Shown here piece by piece: positions 13,437 through 27,004 of a DNA stretch of 64,000 nucleotides. The notes under the pieces are model-generated. The model was not told the origin of the DNA, ran no database searches, and was given only the letters and a program-made list of their open reading frames with translations. Each line of letters starts with the position of its first letter. The first letter of the stretch is position 1. Source of the DNA: Amoeboaphelidium protococcarum X5 (Eukaryota; Fungi; Aphelidiomycota). The stretch lies in contig JALDTO010000176.1 of assembly GCA_023515725.1 (NCBI GenBank), positions 21,783 to 85,782 of the forward strand. The letters run 5' to 3'. Both the position numbers and the translations under genes were made by a program.

Positions 13437-13830
13437 TATCGCTTGACTAAATGACTGCCTGACTTTATTGCACACAATATCTAGCAGATGCTACACTATA
13501 TGAGTGGGAAGACTTAACAATTGAATTACAATAAGTAAATAAAGAAACAATATAATGGAAGGAACACAAAATGATGACGGAGCGGCTTTGAAACAATTTG
13601 AAGAATGCTTCAATAGTAACGAAAGAACGCGGTGGGATGCAACATTGAAATGAGAAGAGCACTTGAATACCGCTAGTAACCTTAAATGTGATGGATTATC
13701 TAGCGAGCCTCCTCCCTGATTATAGCGATATTATAACAATCGCTGTAATTTTTAATGCTGTAATACCAAAACAATATTCAAATGAACGCGTTATATAATT
13801 ACATTAATAAGAGCCGCGTTCCTTCTATGG

Positions 13831-13911
13831 TCCTTCCCTCCCTCCCTCCCTCTTTCTCTCTCTCCCTCCCTTTTTCTCTCTCGCTCTCTCTCTGACTCTC
13901 TCTCTCTCTCT
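13831..13911. repeat. CT/CCCT-rich microsatellite in the divergent PIG-A/MTR10 intergenic region
   Basis: Visible pyrimidine tract (ccct)n(ct)n. Confidence 0.85.
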
Positions 13912-14161
13912 TTTTTATTTCTCTTCGAACAATGACAAACGCGCGTTCAAAGTGGAATTCCAGCGCTTCCTCGCCCGTTCGCTCGATCTGGCATTTCAAT
14001 CGTTCATTCCTTCCTTCTCCATCAATTTGTCAACTTGTAGTTATTATTACCGTTTATTCCCATCATTATCAAAAGTCACGCACGGTATTGAACCATTTGT
14101 ATTAACTTTTGAGCACTAAATTTTTATTAAACTATTGGGTCCCATAAGAAATTATAATATA

Positions 14162-17100
14162 ATGGATTAGTTGATTCTGCAGGTGAAAGAGACCATAAGT
14201 TAGTTGTATAATCCTAATTTGGATTCTAATGTCAAGAGACAGGCTAACTAGATGCTGGAAGAGTTTTAGCGTAATCAAGATGCATGGATGGTGGCTAATG
14301 CTCTACTCACTGACTAAGGTGGTGCGAATTCTGTTCTATTTAATGTATTTGGTGCTACTATAATCAAGACTAAATGTATCCACGATCAGTACCAGTTGAA
14401 CGAAGAGAGTAAAGTATCGCTCAAGAACTCCATCCTGTAGTTGCTGTTGATGCCACAGTCTAGTGGTGGTCAGCAGAAGGTGATATAGAGACATTTGATT
14501 GTGGCACTGATCCACTTGGCCGTGAGACTATACGACTGGACTGATGCATTTAATGAAATCTGTTCCCAGTTCAATCAGAGTGGGAAGCCTGTGCTAATGT
14601 TGGACTTTGTTCGTCTTCTACCTGAAGAAGTTTCTATGACTGCTGCCTCTCTTGCGGTTAAAGATGATGAGTCTGATCGACATTCTCAAAGCATTAGACG
14701 GTTATTATCATTTTAGAATGCCAGCGTTGTCCTAGATCTTACCATGACCATATTGCAGCAGAGTTCGTCCGATGTTGATATGGTTGAGCTGGGTGTGTAG
14801 ACCCTGTTGAGCTGGTTTAAGACCCAAGCCATAGCTGTGTAATCTATTGGTCTAGACAAGTCAAAGTAGTTACTCAGTTTATTGTTTAGCACTTTGGCTA
14901 GATTTATTAAGAGTGGTGATGGTGATTGTGGCCAAGTTTGTGAAGTTATTGCGGATTTATTACTGGAAATATCAGCCAGAACTGCACGCGAAGATTTATT
15001 TGATAATAGTAATAATAATAACAATGATAACCCTAACAATAGTTCTGGTCATGCGTTCTAGTATAATGAATTCAGATTATGTATAATCAATCACTTGTGG
15101 CAGTTGTGCGAGATGGTATTTGGTGGTGGACTGTAGATCAGCAATGAGATTCATCGTGACTTGACCAGATTGATCACTTAAATTGGTGAGGATTTTATGC
15201 CGTTCATAGTGAAATAGACTGGAGATTATGGACGATTGCCGCTGATGGTTCTAGAATGTGTCAAGTATTAACACTAGGATCCTGATGAGGATCGAGATTT
15301 GCGCGTTATTGGGATAACTTTTGGTTTCTGGTTTGAGCTTACTAGAGTGATCCTAGACTCTGATAGAAACGTCAACAATTTTGGGTAGTAAGGAGGCTCT
15401 GGTGGAATATCGCAATTTCATTAGTCTTTCATTGATTTGCATTTACAGCTCATTAGTGCAATGATGAAATGCTTCCAATATCCTTCTAGTGGCGATAAAG
15501 CTTAGAATGGGGATGGAATGACTGCTGAGGAGAAGGAGGAGTTCAGAGACTTCAGACACGCTGGTGGAGATGTGATTAAAGATTGTGTGATGATCGTCAG
15601 TCCATCAGAGGCTTTGAAAATACCCTTTTAGGCTCTAAATCAGTTTGTCACTGGTCTTTAGTAGTAATAGAGTTAGAATGCATGTTAATGGTAGTATGCT
15701 GAAGCTGCAGTATTCGCTTTGAGAACAATGGCAGCACAGGTGGGAGATGAGTAGCAGATCCTGCCGCAGATAATTAAGATGGTTCCACACCTTACTGAGG
15801 CTGTGGAGAAGGCACTTCCTAATTCTTTAGGTGCTCGCAAGCTGCGATACGTGTCTATTCTGATGCTTGGCAGATACGCATATTGGACTAACAGTCATCC
15901 AGAGTATGTTAAAGAGCACTTGAACTTCATTTATGGAGGGTTCAAGATTGGCGGTTAGGATCTGTGCAGTGCCTCAGCTCTGGCATTGAAGTATCTGTGT
16001 GAGTCTTGCAGCAAGCACATGATTCCATTCTTGAATGACTTGCATCAGTTGTATTCAAGTGCCACATCTAGTGGTACTGCTCTTCCACGCACAGAGATTA
16101 TGGAATTGACTGAGGCTATTGCTTACATTGTTAACAGTGCTCCTTTGACATCATAGCAATCTGGCGGCGTTGATATAGATTTGACAAAGATTCTCCAAAG
16201 TTTTTGTTAGCCTATTGGTGAATAGTTGTACTCTTTATGTTTTGTCTTGGTCGCTGGTCAGTAGCAGTAATAATCTGTCGGTAATGCATCCTTCTCTTAA
16301 GTGGACATTCTACTGGAGCGATTGGGTATATTCTTTCGCAGAGTCAATCCAAAAGTCCCTGTTGATTAGCCGCATCCGTGTATTTAGCTCTTTGAGTCAT
16401 GTCTGCCAATATTTTAGTAGTTGATGACTTATAAACAGATTCCGAATGATACCATGGAGTCAGTGTGCAAGTTGATCAAGAGAGTGCTAGTGTCTTATGA
16501 GGAGTATCCACAACTTAATGCTATTGTTAATCAGACTCTGTGTTCACTGTTGGCTCAGAGTTTCCAGCTGACATAGCATCCGGCTTTATTGTGGGTTGCA
16601 TCGCATATTGTGCGTAGATTTGTCCATAAATATGGCACTACAGCCAGTGTTAATTAAATGGTGGAGTCTATGCTGCAGTAGTGCTTTTTGCTGCTTAATT
16701 CTGTTGATAAATTTAATTAATCGCCTGAACTCGTTGATGACTTTATGAGACTATTGACTGCTTGCACTGTGCAGCTGTCGTAAACGTTTTATTCCGAGGT
16801 TGTGCTTACTCCTGTTGTGGATTTTATCATATTTGGGCTGAATACCACACAGGTCAGTGCTCTTGAGTCGCTGTTGGATTTTGCTAATCGTTTAGTGTCA
16901 GAATCAATGGTAGCATCCCAAATTAATGCTAATTCTATTCATCAGAATGGAGTCAATGGCGCAAGTAATTCAAAGTAAATGGTGCTTTGCAACGTTATGA
17001 TGACACGTCTAAGTCCTCTGCTGATGACTTTGATCTCTGGCATTATTGGATAGAATTAGAGTGGAAATGCTTACAGTGGACATTTACTGCAGGATCTGGC

Positions 17101-17347
17101 TTCCCTAATGATGTACACGGCTGATTTGGTATCACCATAGGCATTCGTAAGTATTTTATAGTAAACTCTGTAGTAAATACAAGCTGTGGAGGGAAATCAA
17201 GTAAAATTGACAAATGCTATTGTCAAGAGAGTTCTGGACAGTTACGCATTGGCCAAAGAGAAAGGTCAAGAGTCACCACTGCGATATGGATTGGCAAGTT
17301 TAGGTGCGGCCTTCCGTGTCCGCTCTAGTGCTCCTGCATTTAGTTGA
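14162..17347 (+). CDS. MTR10: importin-beta family transportin-SR (Mtr10/TNPO3), ~1061 aa
   Basis: N-terminal ANQMLEEFQRNQDAWMVA and the family motif EEFRDFRHAGGDVIKDC; HEAT-like composition; TGA 17345-17347. Confidence 0.85.
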
Positions 17348-17494
17348 GTTTCTATTAAGTGTACTGTACATTGGTTATATAGGAACTTAATTTTCACAAA
17401 TGGATTAAAGAATATGATATTTATGGAATTACTGTGGACAATAAAGTAGATTTATTATTACAATCACCATCAAAATTTTATCTTTAATATGTAA

Positions 17495-18556
17495 TCACTC
17501 ATTTTGCGCATTAGATGGCACCTATTACTACTACAAAGCCTGTTTAATCTGGTTTAATTATTACTCTAGTTCAACCTTAGATTTAACGTGGATCATCTCT
17601 TAATTACTCAGCTCCATTTTATGCGTATGAGAACTCTAATCCAGCTTGTTTACCAAAGTCACATTCTCAGACTTTACGCGGGCAATCTCATCCGTCAAAT
17701 CGTGAACAATTTTCATTTATGATCGTATATCTGAATCTAAAGTAGTGTTCTAGTTCTTTACCTGATCCTTCTCCAGTCTCAACTGCTCAATCAGTTCATA
17801 TAAATCGGTATACTTGGTAGTGTGCAATCGTTTCTCCGACTCTTGATTCTGTTTCAAATCAGCGAATTGGGCGTGAAGATTCTCCAGCTCTGTCTGCAAA
17901 TTCTTATTCGCCACCTGCAAGTCAATGTTGTCGCGTTGCATTCTCTTCAAACGATCTGAAAGCGCCGATGTTTCTTGCAGTGCCCGCTGTTACTCATCTA
18001 TTCGCATACTCAGCTTTATAATCTCAGCCTGGTGCATAGACTCCATGTCTTCCAGTGTGGCTTGATAATCCTGCTCAGTCTATTTGAACGCGCGCCTAGA
18101 GTCTATCAATTCCTGTTGCACCTGAAAGTAGAGCTGCTTGTATTTCACAGTCTGACTGTCATACTGATCGTCTCTGCTCTTGATCGCCTAAATGAATTCA
18201 GCGAAATACTTTGCTCTCAACACTGAAACATCCGCCACTGGCTGAGCAAATTGTCTTCTCAATTAATTAAACTCAGCTGCTTTTTGATCAAGTTGCTACT
18301 TCCACTCCACCACCATGTTCTCATGCTCCTCTTCTATTATTCTCTACATTATCATTAGGCTTAATATTGATTCCATACATGTTGTGAGTAGCGGTACCTT
18401 TTCATTGGCCGTTTTATCCAACAATTGTTATACTTCTTGCAGCTGATCCACTGCGTTGTCATATTCAACTTTCAACTACACATTGTGTAACACATTGTAT
18501 AGACATGTTCATTTATAGGAGACAATTACATTATCAAATTGCCGCCTATAGTCCAT
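17495..18556 (-). CDS. coiled-coil protein; introns 18476-18529 and probably 18344-18397
   Basis: E/Q/L heptad-rich reading; both introns are GT...TGTAG; TGA 17495-17497. Confidence 0.75.
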
Positions 18557-18797
18557 ATTTTATTGGATGCTTTACAAAAAATAATAATATTGTTGTCGCA
18601 CAGTACCGTAGAACAAGAAGTGTGAAGCTGAAACCAGAGACAGGTCGGCAGTCTTGAAAACACTCTGTGATAAACAAGTTAGTCTATACTGAGCAGAGGT
18701 GAAAGAAAGTAAAGACACCAAAATTAATAAGAGCAATTTAAAAATATTCTGTCTATTTTATTCGATAATAGTCAAATTGAAATCTGAGGGAGGAAAA

Positions 18798-19262
18798 TCA
18801 TGCCATCAAGATCATAGTCGATCCAACTGCAGCCAAAGCAACGACAGGAGCAAAAGATGAGGTTGACGCGTCATTGCTGCTGCTATCACTATTCTTGCCT
18901 TGATTATTTCCTACATTGACGATATTGCCATTGTTATTAGATGAAGTCTTGGACGGGTCACATGGTGTGCAGTCGCTTCCATCGCCACATTTGCACTGCA
19001 TCACTTGTTGGCCATTGTTGTTCTCGACCTTGACACTGATTCCCTGCGCGACAGTCGATCCTTAAAAGATCTGAACTGGACAAGTGTAAGCTTAGCCATT
19101 TGCATATCCAATGGAGCCAGGATTACAACCTACATATATATTGAAAGAAATCATTATAAACGGTAAATAGAGATAAACAATTCATAATCAACACTTACCA
19201 TCTAATGCGACAGCACTACCAACGATCACGCTCAAAGCACTCAAAATCAAATTAAACTTCAT
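18798..19262 (-). CDS. small Cys-rich secreted, probably GPI-anchored surface protein (131 aa); intron 19130-19198
   Basis: Signal peptide MKFNLILSALSVIVGSAVA, 6 Cys, Ser/Asn linker, hydrophobic tail FAPVVALAAVGSTMILMA. Confidence 0.8.
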
Positions 19263-19679
19263 GATACTCTTTCAAACTCTGAAATATAACGGATGGCAAA
19301 CTACCAGTACAAGATAAAAATAACCTAGATAATCTGAAGAGTGGAAGAGGAGGATAACTCCGATGCCAAGATGTTGTGACTTGCTCACTCCTGAAAAATA
19401 TTTTCACGTGTATCCCATGATCACAGTCAACGCGACGCGTTGTGGTTGGTGACGCTAACATGTCATTTGAAATATCGAAGCTGAATTATTTATGTTGAAA
19501 GCATGATCATCGTTACCATTATTTAAAAAACATTCAGCAATTATATCATTTAATCCAACACATTTCTATTATTACTCATCATCATCTCAAGTTTCCTTCG
19601 CAAGATATTCTTCTTCAATCAAAGTTTTCGATCGAAACATTCAAAGTATCACAAGCTCCGTAAATAATAAATTCTAAAA

Positions 19680-22600
19680 TCACTGAGCCTGTTGCTACTA
19701 CTACTCCTTTCTTGAACTTTCATCAGGAATATTATCTGGAGTGCCAGTAACCGCGTCAGTCAGCGTATTCAAAGACTTCATGGACATTTTCTACTTTTTA
19801 AACTTATCAGCACCAGCAGATGATAAGTTGGCCATCGAGGCGCTTGTCGCGGCAGTCTTTGCTGTTACAGACTACAGTTGAGCGGCACCAATTTTGATAT
19901 CAGCGCTCATTGCCAGCCCATTAAACTTGGCCTCCAAAATCTTGGTGGCATTCTACTGCTCTCGGAGTTCATTGGAAAGTCTCTCAATTTCACTCTGCTG
20001 ACTCGAAACTTATAACTGCAATGCATCAATCTTCTTTAACAACTGCCCCATCTACTCATCAGATTTCTATACCGACTAAGATCCACCAACTGCCTGTGAA
20101 GTCTCAGGTGCTTCAGCAGTGGCGGATAAATGATTCTGACTAGAAGCCAATTTAGGATCACTTGTATGGGTTGTCGCCGGAAGTTGAGCCGATGATTCAT
20201 TAACCTCTTCCAAAGTCTCCTTAGCATTCTTCTTCTTATTGCGCATAGTGAAATTGAATCCTGATGAGGTGGTCTTTCTACTAGCTGAGGAGTCCACAGA
20301 GGTAACCGACGCTTCCTTATTCAACTTCTTCACATCAAACTTGTCCGCAATACTGTGTGGTTTCTAAGCAGACTTCTCAGTGTTTTCATTAATGAGGGAA
20401 ATCCAGCGCTCCTTCTCCTCATAACTGGACGATGATACAATCAAGGTCTTTTGCACGTCAATTCTAAACAGTTCCCAACAGAACTTGTACTCATCAGAAT
20501 TACCAAAATCAGACACGGAGTCTCTTACAGTGATCATCGTCAAAGGGACAGCAGCCTTGAACTTGTACCCAGCCGCAGATGTTGCACCCTTCTTCTTGGC
20601 ATTCTCTTTGCATATCAATAACACATCTTCAAAGAGGAAAAAGTTCAGCGTATTGTCCTTGGCTATAGCACTAATCTTTGACTTTGCATTCAGAGCAGAC
20701 TTATCAATCATCATCATTCTTCCATCCTGAATTAAATGACCAAACTCCGTGATAGATGGCCCTTCAAAGCCCTCAATCTTCTGCTGCAGCTCAACGACTG
20801 TGCGCTCATTCTCTTTACGTCTCTTGATTTCATTCACAGCGGACGCAACTTCCTTCATCTTGTTCAGTCCCTCATCCAAGGTTTTGTAACCCGGATGACT
20901 TTCCAGCGTATATCGCACAAGCTCTTTCAGAAGCAAGTGATAACGCATAATACGCTACACAGGCTTAATCAACTGGGAAGACAGATTCTTCAGAGCCAGC
21001 TGGTACTCCTGGCCATCACAATTCATACTGAGAATGGACGCAATCTCGGGGTGGTTACTCAAATCTGGAATCCTCTCAGCGGGCTCCATATGATTCGAGC
21101 AATAAATCTCATACAATTTCACAAACTGGGCACTTCGACTAGCGAAAACTTCTCCCACTTTACCAACCTTCTCAATGCTCGTGCCAACCTCCTTCAATTC
21201 TTCAACTATAGGCAAATGGAATTGGTTCAATTCATCGACATTGCCAAACATTTCAACAAGTTTCTACGCCGCATCCTTTGCTTTACCACCATCCAGAGAT
21301 TTGTACATTTCATTCAGCGGAGCAGACCAAGTTTGCACAATATATTGAAGATCCTTAGAGTAATTAGTCTCAGTCACTAACAGTTCATCCATGACTTTGC
21401 GCATAAAGTCCTCTTAAGTCATAGCAGCACTATTTTATTGACCGCCAACTTTAGCCTTGATTTTGTTCACCTTCAAATAATCTTAAATCTAATTAATCTT
21501 CTACTTCAGCACTGGTGCATCAAAGAAACTATCCAGGCTGTTCAGTACAGTCTAAAAGTTCGAGATGCTGTAAGTGTATAACTCTTCAGGTAGAAACAAA
21601 TCACTATCAGGTACACCCACAGTATCCCGCGCGTAATTCAAGAAGTCTTAAATCTTCTCCATGCACGAGTAGGTTGGTAATTCAGATGAAGCACTATCAC
21701 CACCAATTATAGTAGTCGGTTAAATAAATGGACCAGACTACGGCAAAGGCTTATCAATAGCATCGACAAGAATCTTGAATGCAACACCATTGCGCAAGAA
21801 ACGAGCCAAATACTCTGGGTCCTTCAAGTATCTATCAGCCACATCACCATCCAGTTCAACAGCAATACCGAAAAGATTAAACTTCTCCTTCAACTGGCGA
21901 CACTTTCGGCGCATCTAATTTCTAATATCTGCAGTAGTGTGCAGGTTCAACAATTCCAGAAACTCGGGAGCAACTACACTGAAGAAAGTGTACTTTTTCA
22001 CCACACTGTCCACGTTGGACTTCAACTCAACTACCAGGGAGCTGTTAGAGTAGGACAACGATTCTTGATTAGCGGAAAACTTCTCCACGATATTCTTGGT
22101 ATTCTTATCAAACACTGCAATATAATCCTTATGAATACCATATAGAACGTTCTCTGGAGCCAGAGATCCAAAGATAGTATAACCAAAGTGAGGTAATTTC
22201 TATGCCAACTAGTAGTAAGCCTTCTCAGCCTCCATTGCAGTCAGTCCCTTGTGTTGCTAATGTGCAGACAAGATCTTCTTGTACCACCAATTTTCAGACT
22301 TGGTCATGGTGAACTTGTGATGAGTCGGCGGTAGGTAAGTCTATATCGCACCAATAGTACTAGCTTTGTGCTTCTCTGCATCGTGATCACCATAACTCAC
22401 CTACAACTGGAAGGATGCAAACTCAATCACCTCATTATCTTCCAGGTGATCAACGCCGGATAACACAAACTGTTTGACTTGCTGATAATGCATTGAAGAC
22501 ATATTCTTGTCCTAAAGATCAGACACGTCATAGTACATACTGCGCACCTTAAACTACAATCTTGCACCGGTAACTCCTTGATTAACAACAGGAATGTGCA

Positions 22601-24583
22601 GCTTCATCCATCTCTCGCCACTCTCAGTCTGGATAGCAATACCGAAAAAGTCACAATCACCAATGTCCATCTTCTCTCCCATCAGTCTAATCAACTGCTA
22701 GCCAGTAGTCTTCTCAGTAATCTTCATACTCTTACGATTATCCCCCAGAAAGTAGACGGTGGCAATCTCCTGATTCACAACTTTGGCTTTAGGCTTAACA
22801 ATCTGGGCAAATAGAGCAGATCTCAGCTTCTTCTCCTTGTCCTTCTTCTCAAATTTCACCATCGAGCCAGCAAATCTTCCCTCGACGCTTTGGCAAGTAC
22901 CAATGTAAAATCCATTTTCCAACTTCTTGGTGACTGTAATGACATCGCCCACCAAAAACATCAGTTCATCGTCCTCCTTAGCCTCATGATCACACAGAGC
23001 CACGCAGGTAACTGGCAGAGGGCTCTTGGTAGGATCGTCATTCAATACTTACTACTGCTGTTGCTCGTCATCCTCATCAATGTTAGTCTTTGTAGATTTA
23101 CCAGAGTAATGTTCAATCAACTCTTTCAATCTATAGTCGTTAGAAAACTAACTAATGACGATAAACTCCAGTGGGTAAATGTAATCTTCATTGAAACTCA
23201 GAGTAAGAACGTATCTGTACGGCTTATCTTTGGTCATAAATCCCATAATGTCAGAATTAATCCCTTTCATGTTGGGTGCGTTCTTCTTATTCATGCTAAA
23301 TCTCAGTGTATTCTTACCAGGAGACTTTCTCTCTTTAAGCGTACCTGAGCCGTGCTCATGCCCGCTAGAACTAGACCCACCTTTCTACTAAGGTCCATCA
23401 TCACCAAAGAAATTCTTCAGTCCACTGCCAGGCGGTTTAGCACTAGACATTGTACTCTCATCACTCATTCTACTCATCTGATCATCAGCAATCTAATTCA
23501 TAACCGTGCCTCGTTTAGTAGATGAGCCACTTCTCATCGTGCCTGGAATAGCACTCACTGTCAAAGTCGAGTCATCCTCAGAAACATATGCCCATCTACT
23601 AAAGGACTTATAAGAGAGATATAAAGTCTACTAATTCTTGTCAGCATTCTGAATATACAGACCTTCCGTGGCAGCAGTTATATTGAGTAGGAAGGCTTAA
23701 TCAGCATGAATAGCTTCAAATTTCGAGATGAACCAAGAAGGGAACGATGATCGAACAGCAATCAAAAACTTCTTGGCAGCATCGTTAAAAGACACATTAG
23801 CCATTGCTTTGACTTGATTCACAATCTTGTCCAACTTATCATCACCAACTCCTGCGTCATCCATCCAAGCCGGCAACATCTCGCGAGCATCATCCACTTG
23901 ACTTATGCTCGGATTGATTGCATTCTTACAATGAACCTGGATGGCAACAAGATTCATAGCCTCAGAATCCTAACACTTTTCTGGACTACTCGCTGCTCTA
24001 AACTTCATGCTCATCTCTCCATACAGAATAGCTATAGACTTCTCATCAGTAAAGTCAGTCTTCAAGTCGGTGTAAGCATACTTCATGGCCATCTGGATCT
24101 TAAACTTTGGCTAAATTATAATCTACTCTGCGATGGCAACATCATCCAGAAGAAACACCTTCTCATCTAAATCCTATTACTACTGTTACTGCTAAAACTA
24201 CTGCTTTGAACTACCATCTTTTCCACTCCCCGATCCTGTGTTAGATCTAGGCAGATTACTATTACCGCCACTGCCATTGCCATTGCCACTAATCATCATG
24301 GATCTGCTCACCTGAAAGCCGAAACATTCAATCTACGTAAGGCCTCTCTTACGGGCAGCAATTTTCAACAAACTCTACACATCGATAAGTAATATTCGAT
24401 TGATGATAAGAATTCAGTATATAAAAGACATAATGTTTGACTTACTCTAGGAGTAGTAAACTACTGCAGGGACGTTTTAAAGTTGCTGTCATCATACAGA
24501 TCAACAGTGACCAGAGCAATAGAACCAGCAGAAGAGGCATTCAAAGTGCCACCACTTCCATTACTAATTTCTGTATTATTCAT
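19680..24583 (-). CDS. FERM-SH3-FERM-DH-PH-coiled-coil RhoGEF (~1610 aa); intron 24375-24445
   Basis: First FERM-like domain ~23650-24370. SH3 CVALCDHEAKEDDELMFLVGDVI at ~23010. Second FERM FASFQLQVSYGDHD...LPHFGYTIF. DH ELLVTETNY...LIKPVQRIMRYHLLLKEL, then PH; TGA 19680-19682. Confidence 0.88.
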
Positions 24584-25126
24584 CACAAGGTGTCTATACT
24601 TATTTAGGCTAAAACTATTTTTCTATGTAATAAATACAAATTCTGTCCTCAAACAACAATGCAACCAAAATAGATAAAAAACACACACACAACAAAGTAG
24701 AAAGGTTAAAGAAAGACAGCAGTGAGTGAGAGTCAAGTGAGTTTGAAAGAGTGAAACTGACCGTTAAGCGGGCGGTTCAAACAAAGCAACGGCCGGCGAC
24801 GACAGCGGCTGTTTCCCTCAAACAACAAACCTTTCGGTGGGCGGCATGTTGGAGGTTGCTGCGATTGGTTGATTGATTAACATCATGTCTGCTTGCTTAG
24901 AGACGGCAATTTCTATCTTGATGTTAGACTCCGAGTGTATTACGTTCTGACTGGTTAACACAAAAATAAGCATAGCTCATGCTTACTACTAATCAGCTAC
25001 TTTTGGTCTTGATACATTAGCAGCGATTAAATGCTTCTTAGCAGATTTTAAAATTTTTCGAATTTTCTCCAATTACTGAAATTTCAACAGGCCGCGTTAA
25101 AGATCCCCCCAATAAGTTGATTGTCA

Positions 25127-25792
25127 ATGAGCACAACTTAATCTATTGCTGCATCTATTCGAGATGCTTATCAGTATCTGCAAACTTTAATGTCCTCCTC
25201 TACTGGCGATAATATTCTGCAAGTATTCAGCATTGCGTCAGACTTTGAAATTGTTTAACGGCGGCCATCTGTTCTGGGAGATGATCAAGGGTATGATGAA
25301 AATGACCAATTGCCGCCATTGAGTGCTAGATCATAACACGTTGTGGTTATAAAGCGGCGGATGAAATAGCTGGATGCACTTTATACTCAAGGTCCGCATA
25401 ATCCGTTCTACATTGATTTAATTAAAAGTTAGTAATAGTAATCTCTGTAAGGATAATAATAATAGTAGTAAAAGTTTGGAAGTATACACAACAACAGTAG
25501 CGGAAGGAGTGACGATATGCTCACTAACACGCGTGTGAAAATGATTGCTGATGATAATAATCTCACCGTTTACTCTGGGTCTAATCAGATGAATTCTGCA
25601 GCGATTCTGCCACCTCAGCCGTAGCGAATGAACAGCATAAAGTTTGGTTCGCGTTATGGCAAAGATGATCGCCGGTCTGCTCCTCCGTTTGCGTTCAGGC
25701 CATTTGACAGTCTTGATGCTCAGATATTCACGTAATTTAACTTGATGGATTAAGACTAGACTTTGTAATCGCAAGCTTAATAGCTCATATGA
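25127..25792 (+). CDS. hypothetical Q/N-rich protein (~221 aa)
   Basis: ATG 25127 to TGA 25790-25792; includes a polyQ tract written as TAG TAA TAG TAA...TAA TAA TAA TAG TAG TAA. Confidence 0.7.
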
Positions 25793-25972
25793 ATAATATA
25801 TCATGTAGATTTTGTTTTATACCACAATGTCTTGTTTACCATGTTGTTTTCCCATCTCTTGTTGTTATGGAGATTAATCAGTTTTCCATCTTGTTGTGAT
25901 TTATCAATTTGTAAAACTATTTGTAAATAGTCATCCTGGTAGTTCCAATATCAAAATAATAGCATTTCAATA

Positions 25973-26920
25973 ATGACTGATAATGCGCTAAATGTATTTG
26001 TTATCGGATCTGTGGCTGGACTATTATCAGACGCTGTTGTGCATCCACTGGACACCTTAAGGGCTAGATTGTAGACAGTGAAAACTAGATAGAAGATCGC
26101 ATACAAAGGCCTCTACAATGGATTCTACGTGGTGGCTATGGGTACAATACCTGGACACGCTCTATACTTTGCTGGCTATGAGTACACCAAACGGTATCTC
26201 TCGGATATGTTTATAAGCTAGTCAACTACTGATGATGTGGAATAGAAATCAGTTCAAGTGAATAGCAATAGTTCGCGATCTCTGAATATTGCCATAAATC
26301 TAACCAGCGGACTGATGGCTGAATTTTGTGGAGCTCTAGCATGGACACCTATGGATGTTATCAAGTAGCGACTACAAGTTCTGAATCAGTAATCTAATGC
26401 CACTATGGTTGAGTCGGTGTAATTTATTGCTCAAACTTACAGGGAGCGGGGAGTAAGAGAGTTCTACCGCGGCTTTGGAACAGCTCTGCTTGTATACGGT
26501 CCTTTTGTGTCTTTATACTTTGGTCTATACGAGGAGTGGAAATATTATTAGCGATAAAGATATTTGACCGTAAATCAAAGGACGAGCTATACCGATTTGG
26601 AATCTATCAAGCTGCCCATGCATTTATACTGGACTGGAGCCGCGTTAAGCGCTGCTGTAGCTGCGACCGTGACGTGTCCAATCGATGTGGTAAAGACGCG
26701 CATTCAAGTGTACTCTGCCTCAAACACTTAGGCAGAAAGTGGGCTTAAACTGAAGCAAGTTTTATCTGATTTGATCAAAGAGGAAGGCGTTCGAGGCTTA
26801 TTCAGAGGACTGGTACCTCGAGTGTTGTGGATGTCTGGCGGCACTGCTCTCACCATGATTTGCTACGAAGAACTAAAGAATCTCACATCGAAGACTAGAC
26901 CGTAATAGAATCAGTCTTGA
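25973..26920 (+). CDS. mitochondrial carrier (SLC25) family protein
   Basis: Three PX[DE]XX[KR]XRXQ signatures: PLDTLRARLQ, PMDVIKQRLQ, PIDVVKTRIQ. TGA 26918-26920. Confidence 0.93.
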
Positions 26921-27004
26921 TTTAGTAAAATAAGCCATCCAAGTATTAAATTAATCTACTACTAAGTGTACTATTAAAAGTCATGATTCTGATGATGACA
27001 TTAA

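Noticed and set aside
13799-13999. ORF with an ERERE-rich translation
   Set aside because: Artefact of the CT microsatellite in an intergenic region.
20485-23348. Plus-strand ORFs (20485, 20736, 21939, 22578, 22890)
   Set aside because: Antisense shadows of the FERM-RhoGEF gene; the same applies to most ORFs opposite other called genes.
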